A DNA stretch of 64,000 bases from Amoebophrya sp. A120 (GCA_905178155.1 CAJINV010000006.1:1964230-2028229); one strand, 5' to 3'. Positions 1 to 13,752 are shown, numbered from the stretch's first letter. Translations and numbers: made by a program. The notes: generated by a model not told the origin, from the letters alone.

Positions 1-3000
1 TAACGTTAACGGTTTTCACAAATTGCAGTCATGCATCACAAATGTAGCCCAATATGCATGCTATGCATGACAAATTCTGACACGTCTTGTGATGCATTTC
101 AGCATCACCAATTCCGTTAACGTTAACACTTTTTCTTGTGATACGGACTACAGGTTTTTCAACCTGAACCGACCCGGCGGCGCGGCTTCCACAACAAAAA
201 TTGAAAAGCACTACACACTATCAAACAAAAAAGTGATAACGTTAACGGTTTCCCCCGCAGATGGCAGCCATCCATGACAAATTTTGCCTTCCATGCATGC
301 TACGCAATACGAATTTGGGCAACTTTTCTGATGCATTTCTGCATCACAAATTCCGTTAACGTTAACACTTTTCCTTGTGATACACACCCCTTCACCTCGC
401 GGGCCACAGTGGCCAAGTGGGGTGTCTGCAAGAGTTGCTGGTGGATACAACGTGGACGAGAACAGCACCTACTTCAAGAAGCGGGGGCACCAGCGCTTCA
501 GATCGATGCGCAAATAGAAATAAAACCACTTCGAAGGCGGAGATGAAAACATTAGCAGAGGAAGAAGCCGCGAGTGATGTTGGTGCAGCTGCTGCAGGAG
601 CTGTAGAAGTTCCGTCTGTAGTCGTGCAGAGGAAGATGCCGCCCTGGGATCATTCTTGTAGCAGTCCGGTAAACCCACTGCTGCTCACGGTGGATGACAA
701 GTCTGCCCGCTACCTTGCACGCTACAACTTCACGAGCTGCAAATTGTTGCGGCAAGCGGAATATCAAATGCACATCATTATGTCTGGCGGATCGTGTGGT
801 GGAAAGATGCAGCTGATTTGTCTTGCAGAGAGGTCTCTGACAACTCTTGTGCGGCATGAGACCATGACACGTTTTTCAGGTCGAATGTTTGTTGCAATAA
901 ACTCAAACTCATTCGTGTCCTGCATCACAGATGATCTCGCTGCCCTCCAATGAACCTCGCATCACTAATTCGGATCCAGATATAGTTGTTGCAATGTATA
1001 CGGAGGACCAGTTTTTGTATGAGCAGTGCGAGAGGAGGAAGACCTCGAGAAGCCGAAGCCGCGAACCTGATAATGTGGGCGGTACGGAGACGGGCCACAT
1101 CTGGAAAACGAAACTATCAAACGAAGGCCGCCAAGCAGCGATATTCCACGAACCGCTTGCGGAGCTCCTCAAAATGATCTACGACGTAGACGGCAAGACG
1201 AGGAAAACGACTAGCAGTAGCGCTTCTCGCGATGGAACAGAAGCCTCAAGGTCTCGTCCGCGGATGCTACAGATTGCTGCACCACTCGAAATCTGCCGGC
1301 TGAAGGGGCAACTGGGGAGAAAAATTTTGGAAATTTGTCACCGGGGAACCACGAGGAAGATAAGCCCTGCTGCAGAAACACCTGCAGGGGCCCCCGGAGC
1401 TACACCATCTTCCGGCAAGCTGTCTTCATTATCGTTGTTCAGTTCAGCCAGAACGAAAGCAACACGGGGAACAGCATCTGAAGAGACGGGCGCGGGGTCT
1501 CCAAGAACAGCACAAAATACCACCGGCGTTGGTGCCTTCGATTCGATATTAGCCGAGCTGAAACAGTTCCTCCTCCTGCTCTTACCGATCTTGGAAGTGA
1601 GTGTAAAGGACAGCAAACAACTTTGCGCGATTTTGGGGCATTTGTTCCAGATGAGTGCACTTGCGACTGCGAATTTTACTTCCGACGGGGGCGTAGGCAC
1701 AGCATCATCTGGTGGTGGTGGGACGATGATGGAAGTCGACGTGGTAAGCGAGGCTATTAACGAATGCATGGTCGTTGCGAGTGCGACTACCTCTTCGACA
1801 CAAACACCTGCGGCGCAGATGAGCAAAAATCTTGCAGCGACGACTGGCTCGGACGGCACGGTGACAACGAGCGTCCTGCTACAGCAGAACATCGACAGGA
1901 AGCCTTACCTGACCAAAACGAACCCGACCGGGCGAACCCTGCTGCAGCTGGCGATTTTGCGCAACGACCACGCGCTCGTGAAATTGTTGTTACAGTACCG
2001 CGCCGACTGCTTTCTGCAGGAAAAAACCACCGGTTGGTCCGCGCTGCATTTTGCAGTAAATGTAGCATCGTCTGCTACCGCAGCGCGTTCAACAAACTTG
2101 TTTATCATCATGGAGATTCTGTCGTCGCACAACGGCGGAAGAAAAGAAGAAGACGACGGCCACAACACGACATCGGGACGATTTCGTCCACCAACGGTGA
2201 AGAGGAGCGGCCCACTTTCAACAACGGCGACCTCCTCTTTGGTCAACCAATGCGACCGGTTTGGTTTTCCACCCTTGTTCGAAGCCATCTCGAGTTACCG
2301 TGTGGAAGTGGCTTCTACTACAGCGACGAGTGCGGCGACGGCTTCTGTTCCACTTCCTACAGAGCGTCGTGAACTACGTCAAGAACCTGTGGAGCTGCAA
2401 CAGCAAGGACAAGCAGCGGTGTCTGAGGAAATCGTAAGACTGCATAACGAGAAGAAAAAACTCGCCTTCACGAACCTAGTCCAGCAGATGTTGCTTCTGT
2501 TGCACTACGGAGCAGATATAAACTTCAGAACGACTAGCCCGGATGACGAATCCTTCCTTACTGTGCTGGCGAACACGAAAACATTATGGGAGTGCACAAC
2601 TCGTCCCCCTCCCCCTCATTTGTGTCACGTCATGAACAGCAATACAAACCCCAGCACGCTTCGAGCCTGTGGTGCATGACAAGTTCTTAGGCGCCGCAAT
2701 AAAGTGGAGCACTGAAGACCTGTCATGCAAACCTTGCCACAAGGCGGCAACTGTATTTTTGTTTTTGCATGACAAACGAGGGGGAGTTCTTGTGCACTCT
2801 CATAAACGTTTGACAATCGCGAGAAGGACATTCTGAAGCGGATAGCCGTAGCGAACGGGTTATCCTGTGCAAAAGTATCGTACTCGTATTGCAATCATGC
2901 ATTACAAATCCTTCACTTAAGGCAAGTCCGCATTACAAATTTCATTTCTCATGCTGAGGAAATTTGTATATGCATTTATACGAGTGCGATTATACTTTTG

Positions 3001-3232
3001 CAGTTCATACGGGTACGTCGAACGGGCGGTGGAGCAAAACGAAGGAGGTTTGGTGGAAGATGATGTTGAAATAAATACGGAACGATCCATCTCTGTTGGT
3101 GTCGGCAACGCCAACACATCAAACACTGGGTCGTGTATTGTGCCAAGAGAAATATACGACGAGTTTCTAGCTTTTCACGTTTCATCGTCGAGCAGTACCC
3201 GCTCCGTTCTCAAGATTTTAGCGGGGTCGTGA
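1..3232 (+). CDS. Ankyrin-repeat protein, 5' end outside window
   Basis: Removing 219-382 plus one CACAC copy joins ...KHY-TPLHLAGHSGQVGCLQELL (ankyrin consensus). Further ankyrin motifs: GRTLLQLAILRNDHALVKLLLQYRAD, GWSALHFA, GFPPLFEAI. Elements at <1-143, 219-382, 762-1000, 2585-2804 and 2861-3009. Stop TGA at 3230-3232. Confidence 0.85.
219..382. mobile_element. Introner-like element, TATCAAACAAAAAAG family
   Basis: TAT...ATA ends, TIR, TSD CACAC/CACAC. Related copies at <1-143 and 27618-27834. Confidence 0.9.
762..1000. mobile_element. Introner-like element (diverged)
   Basis: TAT...ATA, TSD CGGAA/CGGAG. Removal joins RQAE-DQFL in frame. Confidence 0.8.
2585..2804. mobile_element. Introner-like element, TATGRRAGTGCAC family
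   Basis: TIR TATGGGAGTGCACAA/TTGTGCACTCTCATA, TSD AACAT/AACGT. Relatives at 27355, 37070 and 52352. Confidence 0.88.
2861..3009. mobile_element. Introner-like element, short GCAAAAGTATCGTACTCG family (~135-175 bp)
   Basis: TSD CGGGT/CGGGT. Many copies, e.g. 5018, 11716, 26701, 28571, 39617, 45449, 60817, 62052. Confidence 0.92.
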
Positions 3233-4237
3233 TGAACTGCTACTGCAGATGGCTCCGCCCCTACGGGAGTGTCAGGTTTGATGAAAGATGAAATGGCTTC
3301 TCTTCTCTGGATTTTTGCTAGAAAAGGACGCCGTATCAGCTTTCTACGTACAAAAATTATATACAGGTTCGCTGTGAGTGTGAATGATTTTGTCAATCTC
3401 GATGTCAGTCAGTATAAAAGTGTGTTTGATCGCGCGGACCGGGACCTGAGCAGCGCAAGTTCTTGATTGCTCTGCGTTTTCAACATCTCTTACTTTTTCG
3501 CAGTGTTCATTTGACGACCTGAAGGTCTACCTTGGAGAAGCTGCATTCGGCCCGGCGAGGCTGCTACGTTGGTTCCGCCATCCTGTTTATTTCTCCATTT
3601 TTGCGACAGCGACGACTAGTACGAGAATATTGAAATTATATCGAAGCCAATTCTTATCTCGGCGATAAGCATAAAAGCTGCATTGATGTCTTTGTCTATC
3701 CGTTTCATATACAAGAATCCGCGACGGACCGAGCTGGGAGGACGTGACGAAACTAACTAAAGAAATAGAGTGAGGTTCATTCTTTGGTGTGGTATTCAGA
3801 ATCGGCATTATGTTGAAGATCTTCGTCGCAGTTTGTTGTGTGTGTGTGGTAAAAAAGCAGGCCTTGAATGACAACATGATCATCAAGTTATTTCTCCGAC
3901 GGAAACTGAAATTCTTTCCTTTTCAGACACAAAGTTGCCTGCTGCTGTCCAGCATGCTGTGTAAGTGTATTTTTACGAATTATAATGCCCGAACCTGTTG
4001 AAAAATCAATATAGGATCAAGGTACGAAGATGAAGAAAAGATCGAGCTGCTAAGGTGAGCGTCATGTTGTTGTACATGTAGTCTATTTCATCTAGATAGC
4101 AAGAGTCCCCTCATCTTCTACTACAACTGAACCCCGAGAACGTCATCGTTGGTGGAAGCACCACAGACAGTTTTGGTAGTGGTGGAGCTGGAACCACATT
4201 ATCCTCTGCCGCGGCCACTTCTTCCCGAGAAAGTCTG

Positions 4238-7200
4238 ATGCAGCAGCAGGACGTGCTGATTTCGGATCCGCAGGTGCGGAATGCGTGGCTGGGTTTGGTT
4301 CTCTCCGTGCTTTTCTTTGGTGTCATGTACGCACCTGCCAGGAAGTACCGACACACCGACGGCGTCATCTTTCAATTTCTCATGTCTTGTGGCGTGCTGA
4401 TGTATTCTGAGTAAAAGCGTCCCTACCCCAGAGTTCTTGTCATGCCGATCTGCATGCCAAAAAGGTTTCTCATGCGGATCCCCATGAGAGCCATTTTCTA
4501 ATCGTGTTTTGGAATTTGTGATGCTGGAGTCTTCATGATGCCCTAGATCCGTGATGCTTCGGAACTAGCTAGTAAAGAGGATTCATACAAGTACGAGGAC
4601 AAACTTGTTATGCGAAAGAACCAAAGGTGGCTCTTTTGTCTAGCGGATTTCCCATCTTGACTCTGCTGTGGGGGCATTTTTACTCAGGATATGATGTGCG
4701 GTTTCGCCATGCAGATCTTCAGCACCATCGCCATTCGCGACGATCCGTATTTCAAGGCTACTAGCCGTGCTATGTTGAACAGTAGCGGAACTACTTCCTC
4801 TCTGTCGCCGGATGAACAAGAAAGCGCCGGTGGTACTACAGCCTCCAACCTGGTCGACATTTACACGGGGCTTCCCTGTGAAGCAGAAGTTCTTGCCCCT
4901 TCCCCCTCTGCTGCTGCTGCGGCAACTGGAGGAGCACCTGCAGCCACTGGAGGTAGTGGTCTTCTCCTTGGTGACGAGATGAAGAGGGAAACGAGAAGTA
5001 CGACCAGAAGTACTCTTTATCCTGTGCAAAAGTATCGTACTCGTAGTATAATTGCAAACATGCATTACAAATCTTGTTCTCAAGCTAAATCCGCATTGCA
5101 AATTTCATTTCTCATGCTGAGGAAATCGAAATTTGTAATGCAATTATACGAATAGGAAATTTTTCTTTGCAATGCATACTCCGTCACTATCTACTCCTTC
5201 CGTAGCTGCAACTACCGCGCTCTTGTCCTCCTCGCCTACCACTACCAGTCGCAGTGCCACGAGAAATTTCTCCCTGGTGACCAACCTCCTGGAAGTTCTC
5301 GAGGACCCGACGGGCGGGGAGCTGTTGGATCTACGGAAGAAGATGATGAAGGAAGGACAAGGAGCGGATACAGCAACGACCAGGGATCCTAACAAAAAGA
5401 GCCACAGCATGAACACTGAGAACTCGTCGGGCGAAACTACACAACTGCAGGTACAGCCGACTTCTGCCTCCGTGCATCAAGAAAGCGCTTATGAACGGAC
5501 AAAATACAATTTGACCCCAGAAAGAGCATATAGTGCCACGAGAATGAAACTAGCGACCTACGAGAATGAGGAAGCAAATGGGGCTCCACCCGCTTACAAC
5601 TTTTCCCGCTCCGGACGGGGTAGAAGCTGCGCTCTCATAGGGCTTGCGCCCGTTTTTTCGCGCAAAGCTACTTGTTTTGCGTGCGGTTTTTCTCCGCTCG
5701 AGCGGTCGGGTGGAGAAAAACTGCATTACAAAATTGGAAAACCAGCCGGATGCAGATGCAGCTTTTCTCCCCGCAGGAGAAAAGCCGCGCCACAAATTCG
5801 CAAACTCCGCTTCCTCCGGTTGGAGAAAGTGAAAGGCCGCACCTCCGGTTCTCCGCATTACAAATGCGGAAAGGTGACCTTTCCGCATTACAAGTGCGGA
5901 AAGGTGCCCATAGCCATTGCATTTGTAATGCGGAGAGCCCGACCTTTCAAAGGTCGGGCTCTTCGCATTACAAATCCAATGGGCGGAAAGGTCGGGCTCT
6001 CCGCATTACAAATGCGGAGTGCGGGGCTCCCCAGAGCTCGGGGTTCGGGTTGTGGGTAAAATGGGGAAAGGGGAAAGCCCGGACCCTCGGGTTCTCCGCA
6101 ACCCGGGCTCTTCTCCGCATTACAAATCCCCCCTTTCGCCACAAGCGGCTGCCACAGCCGCTGCACACCGTCGGGCGTAACCTTTTGCGCGATGCTATCC
6201 CCAAGCAGCAATATTCGCACTCCCGATAGCATCGGGCGTGAGGTTATGCTGCATGGTATCGCTGCGTGCGAATTTTCCTCGCAGCCATACCATGCTGCAT
6301 TAGGTTACGCACGACCTGTGGCTGTCTTTTTCTGCCCCCCTTGGGCGTTGTGCAGCTTCTTTTTACCCTCAAACACGACCGGACTCCGGGAAAAGTTGTG
6401 GCTTAGGGAGGAAGCACAACTTTTCCGCGGACCACGCACCCCAAGCCGGCCCCGCCCCAAGGGGCGCCCGCGAGACACGCCGGGGCCGCGCGCAAAATTG
6501 TGGCGGTTGTCTTTGTTTCGCAAGCACGCACGCCCATGAGAGTGGCCTCTCTATTTTGCGCGCCGGCTGCATCTACTCCGGGCCCGGGCCGGGGTTCTGA
6601 TTGATGGGAGGCCGTCGGCCGTTCATTCTCTTCGCTACCTAGGCTACCCAAAAGGCCGCGGCGCGCCCGGCGCTTTTATTTTGAGGGCCAACGCCCCCTC
6701 GTGCACATTTGACCCGGGGATGTCGTGCGAAAAAAACGCGGGAAACCAGGGCGGGCCAACACAAAGAAGGCCAGCAACCGCCCCCGCAAATCGGGGCGGA
6801 AGACTAACAGACACCAGGCGGGCCCGGCAACGCAATATACGGGGCGCGCCCCGCCTGTTTCTTTTCTGCAATAGAATCACCGGGCGGGGCCCGCTTTTGC
6901 GCGCCGCCTGCCTTTATTTTCGCTCCCTGCTCGTTGCCCCGGCCCCGGCAGACTTGGGCGCATTGCGCGAAGCCCTTGGCTTGGTGGGGCTTGCACGGAG
7001 CGGGACAATTGCCGCCGCGCGCCCAAAGCTGTGTGTGCGCGGCCGGCGGGTTCTGTCTTCTCTGTGGACCGAAGGGCAGGCGCATGCAACGGAGGGCGAA
7101 GGCCCCGGGCCCCGGTGCCGCCGGCACTAGATGCATTGGTGGCCACATCATGCAATAGCTCGGCTCCTGCCCGCTGGCCAACAGGCTGGCCGCGCCCGCC

Positions 7201-10200
7201 TGAGCCCAGCCACAATGTCCAGGGCCCGCCGGCCGGCACGGCTTGTGGCGCGCGCGTGTGGGCAGGCGGTGCCTGCGCTGCCACTGCATCGGCCTTGCCA
7301 ATATCCGCCAGCCCCGCCTCCTCGCCTCCCGCTTTCGCCGTTGCCCCCGGCCCCGCTGCGCCTGGGCCCCATCCTGCGAGCGGGCGCCCGCCGAACAATT
7401 TTCAGAAAAAAGAACTTCGGCAAAGCGTTGGGGCCCCCCGGCCGGAAAGATCTTGGGCAGAAATTTGCCCGAGGGGCGCCACGCGCCTGCAGCCTCTCGC
7501 CCTCCCTCTGGCCTTCTGGCCGGCCCCGGTATTGCCGTCGGCGCGCTGCATTTTTGGCAAGCGCCAGCAGTTTTCCCCCAGGCCCCGGGCATTTTCCGTG
7601 TGCTTCCGGGTTGCTGCGGGCAGGCTCCCATAACTTGCGGCGCGAGAATGATTCTCGTGGCGGGCTTCGCATCTGCATGAAATTCTTTGCCATTCTCGCG
7701 CAAACGTAGTGCTTCCGCGAGAATGGAGAGGCGTTTCACGTCGAAAGCTAGGCCCTGCGAGAATCATTCTCGCGCCGCTCTTTCTCGGGTCCGCCCGGCG
7801 CGGTTCCGAATCCCACTTGCCCGAGCGGAAAAATCGCGCAAACCCGGCTCACGCCGGCCCGGCGGGCAGCTCCGCGCGAGGCATTGGGGCAGTGCCGCGC
7901 AGGGAGAAACAGGGAAGCGGGCGCGGCTTGGGGGACGACATATGTGGGCTGGCGCAACGAGAGGAACAAGGCGCCGGTGTGTGCCTCCCAATCTGACGAC
8001 CACCAGGCAGCGGGCCCGCGCGGGCGCTGAATACAACAGGCCCGGGCGCCGGGCGGTGTCTTTTCAATCGCCACAGGCTGTGGCCGGCCGCTGCTCGACG
8101 CGGGCGGGCGGTTCTATCTGGGGCCGCCCAGAAAGCCAACCGCCCCCATTGTGGCAAGAATGAACGTCCGCGCGCGCGCTGGGAGTTGAGGCCGGCGGGG
8201 TGGGTGCAAGCCGAGCTCCCACGGCCTGGCAGACTGTCATGCCGCCGCGGCCCGGTCCCTCCGACAGGGCTCACGACGGTGGGCTCGGAAGATGCCCGGC
8301 CAAACATGTAGAAAACATCGGGCCCGGGGCCCCCGCTTCCGGTTTTCAGACCATTCGGCCCCGGCTCCGCGGTTGCGCGCGATCGAAGGTCTGAGGAAGG
8401 TGCGCCACAGCGAATGCACCGCTGGGCCTGCCATGGCAGTGGCCCTGCCCCACGAATCGCCGGGGCCCCCGCCTCCTTCACACCTCGTCGGACGGTCGCC
8501 CGGGCAAGGTGGGCCACCAAATGGTATGCGTGCGCCCGTCAGACTCTCTCCACCGGCATGCGCATGGCCGGCATCGAGCCGCCAGCGGGTCGCGCTTTTT
8601 GCAGAGGCGCCCTCCCCCCCCCCGCTTGGTTGGTGCATCGCTACCGGCGCTGCCCCAGAAACACCGCCAGCGCACCGGCGCCCCTCGTTCCGCGCCCTTT
8701 CTTTTGGCCCCAGCAGGAAAAGAAACGAAAAAACAAAACGAAAAGCCACGCAGCCTGCTACAAAAAGCGCGCCGGCTACACAACGAAGGCGCGCGCTGGC
8801 CCCTCATTGCTAGCGACCGGACCCTCGGGGCCCGGCGCAAAAACGGCAAACGCCAAAAATCGGCCGTGTCTGCGAAGGTGTATGCTTGCGAAACACCGAA
8901 CGCCGCGGGAATTTGGACCATTGACTGCATGAGGGCCCGCGCGGCCCCGTGGTTTCATGCGGGAAAAGAGGCACCGCGGGGCCGGCTTGGGGTGGTCCGC
9001 GGAAAAGTTGTGCTTCCTCCCTAAAAGCCACAACTTTTCCCGGAGTCCGGTCGTGTTTGAGGGTAAAAAGAAGCTGCACAACGCCCAAGGGGGGCAGAAA
9101 AAGACAGCCACAGGTCGTGCGTAACCTAATGCAGCATGGTATGGCTGCGAGGAAAATTCGCACGCAGCGATACCATGCAGCATAACCTCACGCCCGATGC
9201 TATCGGGAGTGCGAATATTGCTGCTTGGGGATAGCATCGCGCAAAAGGTTACGCCCGACGGTGTGCAGCGGCTGTGGCAGCCGCTTGTGGCGAACGGGGG
9301 GATTTGTAATGCGGAGAAGAGCCCGGGTTGCGGAGAACCCGAGGGTCCGGGCTTTCCCCTTTCCCCATTTTACCCACAACCCGAACCCCGAGCTCTGGGG
9401 AGCCCCGCACTCCGCATGTGTAATGCGGAGAGCCCGACCTTTCCGCCCATTGCATTTGTAATGCGGAGAGCCCGACCTTTGAAAGGTCGGGCTCTCCGCA
9501 TTACAAACGCAATGGCTATGGGCACCTTTCCGCACTTGTAATGCGGAAAGGCCACCTTTCCGCATTTGTAATGCGGAGAACCGGAGGCGCGGTCTTTCAC
9601 TTTCTCCAACCGGAGGAAGCGGAGTTTGCGAATTTGTGGCGCGGCTTTTCTCCTGCGGGGAGAAAAGCTGCATCTGCATCCGGCTGGTTTTCCAATTTTG
9701 TAATGCAGTTTTTCTCCACCCGACCGCTCGAGCGGAGAAAAACCGCGCGCAAAACAAGTAGCTTTGCGCGCGAAAAAACGGGCACAAGCCCTATGAAAAG
9801 CGCAGCTTCTACCCCGTCCGGAGCGGGAAAAGTTGTAAGCGGGTGGAGCCCCATTTGCTTCCTCATTCTCGTAGGTCGCTAGTTTCATTCTCGTGGCACT
9901 AAATGCTCTTTCTGGGGTCAAATTGTATTTTGTCCGTTCATAAAAGCGCTACCAGACCACCAGAAGGAGGTCGTGAAGATGCTGCTTTAGCACATACTAG
10001 CAACACGAACAAAAACTACAATCATGCCAGAAAGAATGGCGAACGCGATGAGCAGGGACATGATCAGGATTTACGCCAAGGGCCAGGCGCTGATGAAAAC
10101 GATACAAATAGGGAAAAGTGGCTCGACAAGAAGAACGAGGAGGAAAACAAGAACGCAGAAGGGGCCTCTATTACAACAACATCATCTCGGGTGGACAAAG

Positions 10201-13200
10201 AAAATGGTGATCGTGGTCAAGAAGATGATGAAACTGAATTTACGAAAACGAAGATGAACAGTAGCAAGAATTATGCTGCAGCACCGGCTACGAAAACGAA
10301 CGACGACAAATATATCAGCTGCACTTCTACATCTAATTCAAATTCTAATACCGCTGCCAGCGACGGCCGTGAGTTTCTTTTGATGAACCAGCAGCAGCAG
10401 CAGCAGCGACAGAACACGTTTCATACAACAGTTGTATCGTCTACTAGAACTACCTCCTCGCAAGAAGAAGACCATCGAGGCGGACGGAGCTTGGCAGCTG
10501 CACCTCCGAGCGATTATACTGGCGACGCAAGTGGAAAAGCAGAGAAATCTTACAGCAACACAAATTACAATGACCAATACCGACGGGGGCAGTGGAAATC
10601 TGCCGGGGGTACAAGAGCAACGCCTGCCAGTGCAAACAATAATATCCCGGAGGGACAACACGATAATCTTCTTCTGCACAACAATGAACAAACCCCGTCC
10701 ACCGAGCAAAAGCGCAGCAATCAGCCTTCCAAGCCGCCAAGCCACTGCAGGGAGCGGTCGCTAATGTGGGACGGATTTTTACTCATCATTCCGGAGGGCC
10801 TGCTGGGGGGAGTCTTCTGGGGCTTATCCAACCTGTGTGTGTTAGTGTCGGTATTTGTATTTTCCTTTTTTTAAGAAAAAGAATAGCAAGCTGACGAGTG
10901 ATAACTTCCTACTTGTTGCCATTTTATTCTCCACTTTTCTCTTCTAGTACGACCATAATTCGTTCAGCATTGATACAACTAAGACTCCATGTGCAAAAAA
11001 CACAAAACAAAGGAATAAACAACAATCAGGTGAAGTTCCTCGGTCTGGGTGTGGGTTTTACCCTTTACCATGCGGTAAACCTTAGCTTTGCCTACTGCGT
11101 CGGCAGGTTCGATCTTTTCGGCGTCCCCCCCGAGTCCCGGAAAAATTGGGTGCAAGACCTGTCGCAGGTGGTGAATGTGATTGCGTTCATCCTCGTGATG
11201 TGCGTCGAAACCAATGGCGGGGGTAGTAGTAGTGGTACTAGCAGCGGAAGGATCTCCAAACACGGCGCAGTTCTTGCAGCACAACAGGCCGCAACTTCTC
11301 CCGGCTTATCTACTACTTTGGAGAACAACGAGAAGCAGCAGCTTCAAATTACCACACAGCGCAGTCGCGGCGAGTCAAAAATTATCAAATGTAAAAATGT
11401 CTGGGTCTGGAAGAATGCAACTTGTCATGCTGCATTTGGATTCCAGAAAAATCTGTATTGCATGAGTACCGAAAGGAATGTACTTTTTGCTACGCGGAGA
11501 GGGTATTTGTCATGCGGAATAGGCATCAAAAAGCTCTGAAAAAATCTGTGATGCTAAATCTGCATGCATCACAGACATCAGGGCTCATGCAAAACGTGCA
11601 TGACAAGTATCAGAATGTTCCAGACCCAGACATTTTTACATTTGATAAAAATTTCTGGCAGTAGCACTTCGCGGTCCAGTGCAGCTTCGGCGCAGACAAC
11701 TGGAGCACACGAAGGTATCCTGTGCAAAAGTATCGCATTCGTATTGCAGTCATGCACTACAAATCTTTTTTTGAAGGTAAATCCGCATTACAAATTTTCT
11801 TTCTCATGCTGAGGAAATTTGTAATGCATTTATACGAGTACGATACTTTTCCACTGCATAGAAGGCCAGGAAGGCCGGATCTCGACGCTTGCCGAGGACC
11901 AGCTTCCGACTTCTGAAATGGTGGGCCAGCTGTCCTCCAATAGCGGCCGGGGACACAGTTTGCTACACTTAAGGCCAGTGGATCTGGAGGACGAAGCGGA
12001 CATTCGGGAGGGCGCGACACAGGACGACGTCGAGGGAAACCTTCATCTTCCAGCAGGGCGAACGAGTACTCCGCAGCAGGGCGACGTGTACCAATTTGAG
12101 CCGAATCTTCTTCTGCACCAAGACAGCGCTGAGACTTCTACCGCGCACCAGCACCTGAGCCGGACCATGAAGAAGGCAATCGGTTTATCGTAAGGAAAAA
12201 TCCCCCCTCCCCATATCGAAAACGTATCCGTCTGAAAATTTGTGATGCGCATTTGTGACCTCAAATCCTGTCTGTCTTGCAAGAAGGCAAGTCCAGAAAG
12301 CGTTCCGCATTTTGCAGGCGGTTTGTGATGCTGTTGGGCTAAGAGCGTACGCGTTTGCCATGCTAGGCGCCTACGTCAAAACCTCTCGACTGAGGCTTGG
12401 CATATGCCTGCAGTCCTCTACTGCAAGACAAATCCGATTTGTGTATGGAAATCCAGCATCAGAAACTTCGTTTCGATATGGGGAGGGGGGATTTTTCCTT
12501 TTGATACGGTTTTACCGTGGGCTTGACCGCGGGCGTGTTTTTATCAAATGCAAATATGTGGTCTGGGTCTGGAAGAATGCGAGATTTGCCATGCTGGTCT
12601 AGCATGACTCTGCACTCTGTATTGCGTGGCCACCAAGAGGTCCTCTTGCCTGTCATGCAAAAGCTCAGTTTCTCATGCGAAATACGCAGCACAGAAAGAC
12701 GAAAAAGCTTGTCATGCTTGGCGGCGCATTACAGAGCACTTTATTGTTCACGGACTTGCATCACAAGTTTCCAGACCCAGCAGACATTTTTGCAGTTGAT
12801 AGTTTTGCGGCCTGAACCAAGTCCCGTATTCCGTGTGGACCGGAACCAGCCAGGGGAAAGCCACTCCGTATCAAACTGAAAAATGCCCCCACCCCATGTT
12901 CAAAAGACAATTTGCGTTGCTGGATTTGTGTACACAAATGAACTTTGTATTGCAGCAAGAGATGATTGTCGGCATATTCTCAGCCCATTTGCGTACGCAT
13001 CCCGCTAGCACCTGCGCATGACGAGAAACAAGTGCGACATCGGCGAAAACGCATGACAGACTGGCTGCACAATGCGCCACATGGGTGTCGTTTGCCTTGT
13101 ACGCAAGACAAAGCTGATTTGTGGCCACAAATCAGCATCACAGATCTTCTTTTCGATAATGGGGAGGGGAGATTTTTCCTTACAATACTCCCGTGCACTT

Positions 13201-13752
13201 GTTTACCCTGAGCCAGACCCTCGGGATTTGGTTCTCTGCGGCCTTCGCGTTTGCCGTGTACGATGTCCTGCTGACGACGGTGAGGTATGCATTGCGAAAG
13301 TGTCGTACTAGTAGGAATGGCATTACAAATTCGCTCAGCATGACAACTGGAATTTGTCATGCTGATTTTCCTTGCGAAAAAAATTTGTCATGCATGACAG
13401 CAATTACTACGAGTACGATACTTTTGCATTTCATATGAAGCCCAACCCCGTCACCGGCAAGGTGTTCAATCTGATCAAGCCCAAGCAGCTGACCAAAGTG
13501 CCACCCTTTTACGCCGCCATGATCCCGGGGGTGTTGTGGACCCTGGGGTTTTACTTCGGCTTGTCGGGGGTAGCGCTCTTCGGGCTGGGTATCGGCTACG
13601 TGCTCACTGCGGTCGGCCCGGTAGCCGTTTCCGGGATGATAGCGACGCTAGTGTTTGACGAGATCGCCCACTGGAAGCAAAAGGTTTTATTCTGGACCGC
13701 TGTCGGCTTGATGGCCTTATCGCAGGCAGCGCTGATCGGGTTCTCGGATTGA
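4238..13752 (+). CDS. TMEM144-like (DMT superfamily) multi-pass membrane transporter
   Basis: Spliced peptides LSVLFFGVMYAPARKYRHTDGVIFQFLMSCGVLMCGF, PEGLLGGVFWGLSNLCVLVSVKFLGLGVG and AMIPGVLWTLGFYFG...GIGYVLTAVGPVAVSGMIATLVFDEI resemble TMEM144. Interrupted at 4403-4691, 5018-5178, 5490-9942, 10851-11029 (GT-AG), 11383-11647, 11716-11860, 12186-12506, 12542-12801, 12869-13187 and 13286-13435. Start codon uncertain. Confidence 0.8.
4403..4691. mobile_element. Introner-like element, TATYCTGAGTAAAA family
   Basis: TSD TGATG/TGATG. Removal joins GVLM-CGFA. Relatives at 15856, 28824 and 36150. Confidence 0.88.
5490..9942. mobile_element. 4.45-kb non-autonomous foldback DNA transposon with ~960-bp TIRs, inside an exon
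   Basis: Ends TATGAACGGACAAAATACAATTTGACC / GGTCAAATTGTATTTTGTCCGTTCATA. Arms ~5490-6454 and ~8976-9942 are near-perfect reverse complements. 8-bp TSD AAAGCGCT on both sides. GC-rich core with no recognisable transposase. Confidence 0.93.
10851..11029 (+). other. Canonical GT-AG intron
   Basis: GTATTT...AATCAG, AT-rich, no TIR. Joins LVS-VKFLGLG in frame. Confidence 0.75.
11383..11647. mobile_element. Introner-like element, GTCTGGGTCTGGAA family (most abundant, ~260-300 bp)
   Basis: Perfect 30-bp TIR TATCAAATGTAAAAATGTCTGGGTCTGGAA, TSD AAAAT/AAAAT. Close copies at 41961, 51744 and 63624. Confidence 0.95.
12186..12506. mobile_element. Introner-like element, AGGAAAAATCCCCCCTCCCCAT family
   Basis: TSD CGGTT/CGGTT. 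Relatives at 12869, 31542 and 59656. Confidence 0.9.

Noticed and set aside
4055-4099. GTGAGC...AG as a coding intron extending the TMEM144-like gene upstream
   Set aside because: The upstream in-frame sequence hits a stop with no ATG. It may be a 5' UTR intron.
6192-9237. Many overlapping 100-310 aa ORFs in the giant element core
   Set aside because: GC-rich, Arg/Gly/Pro/Ala-biased and present in all frames. No DDE or other recognisable motif, so likely spurious.
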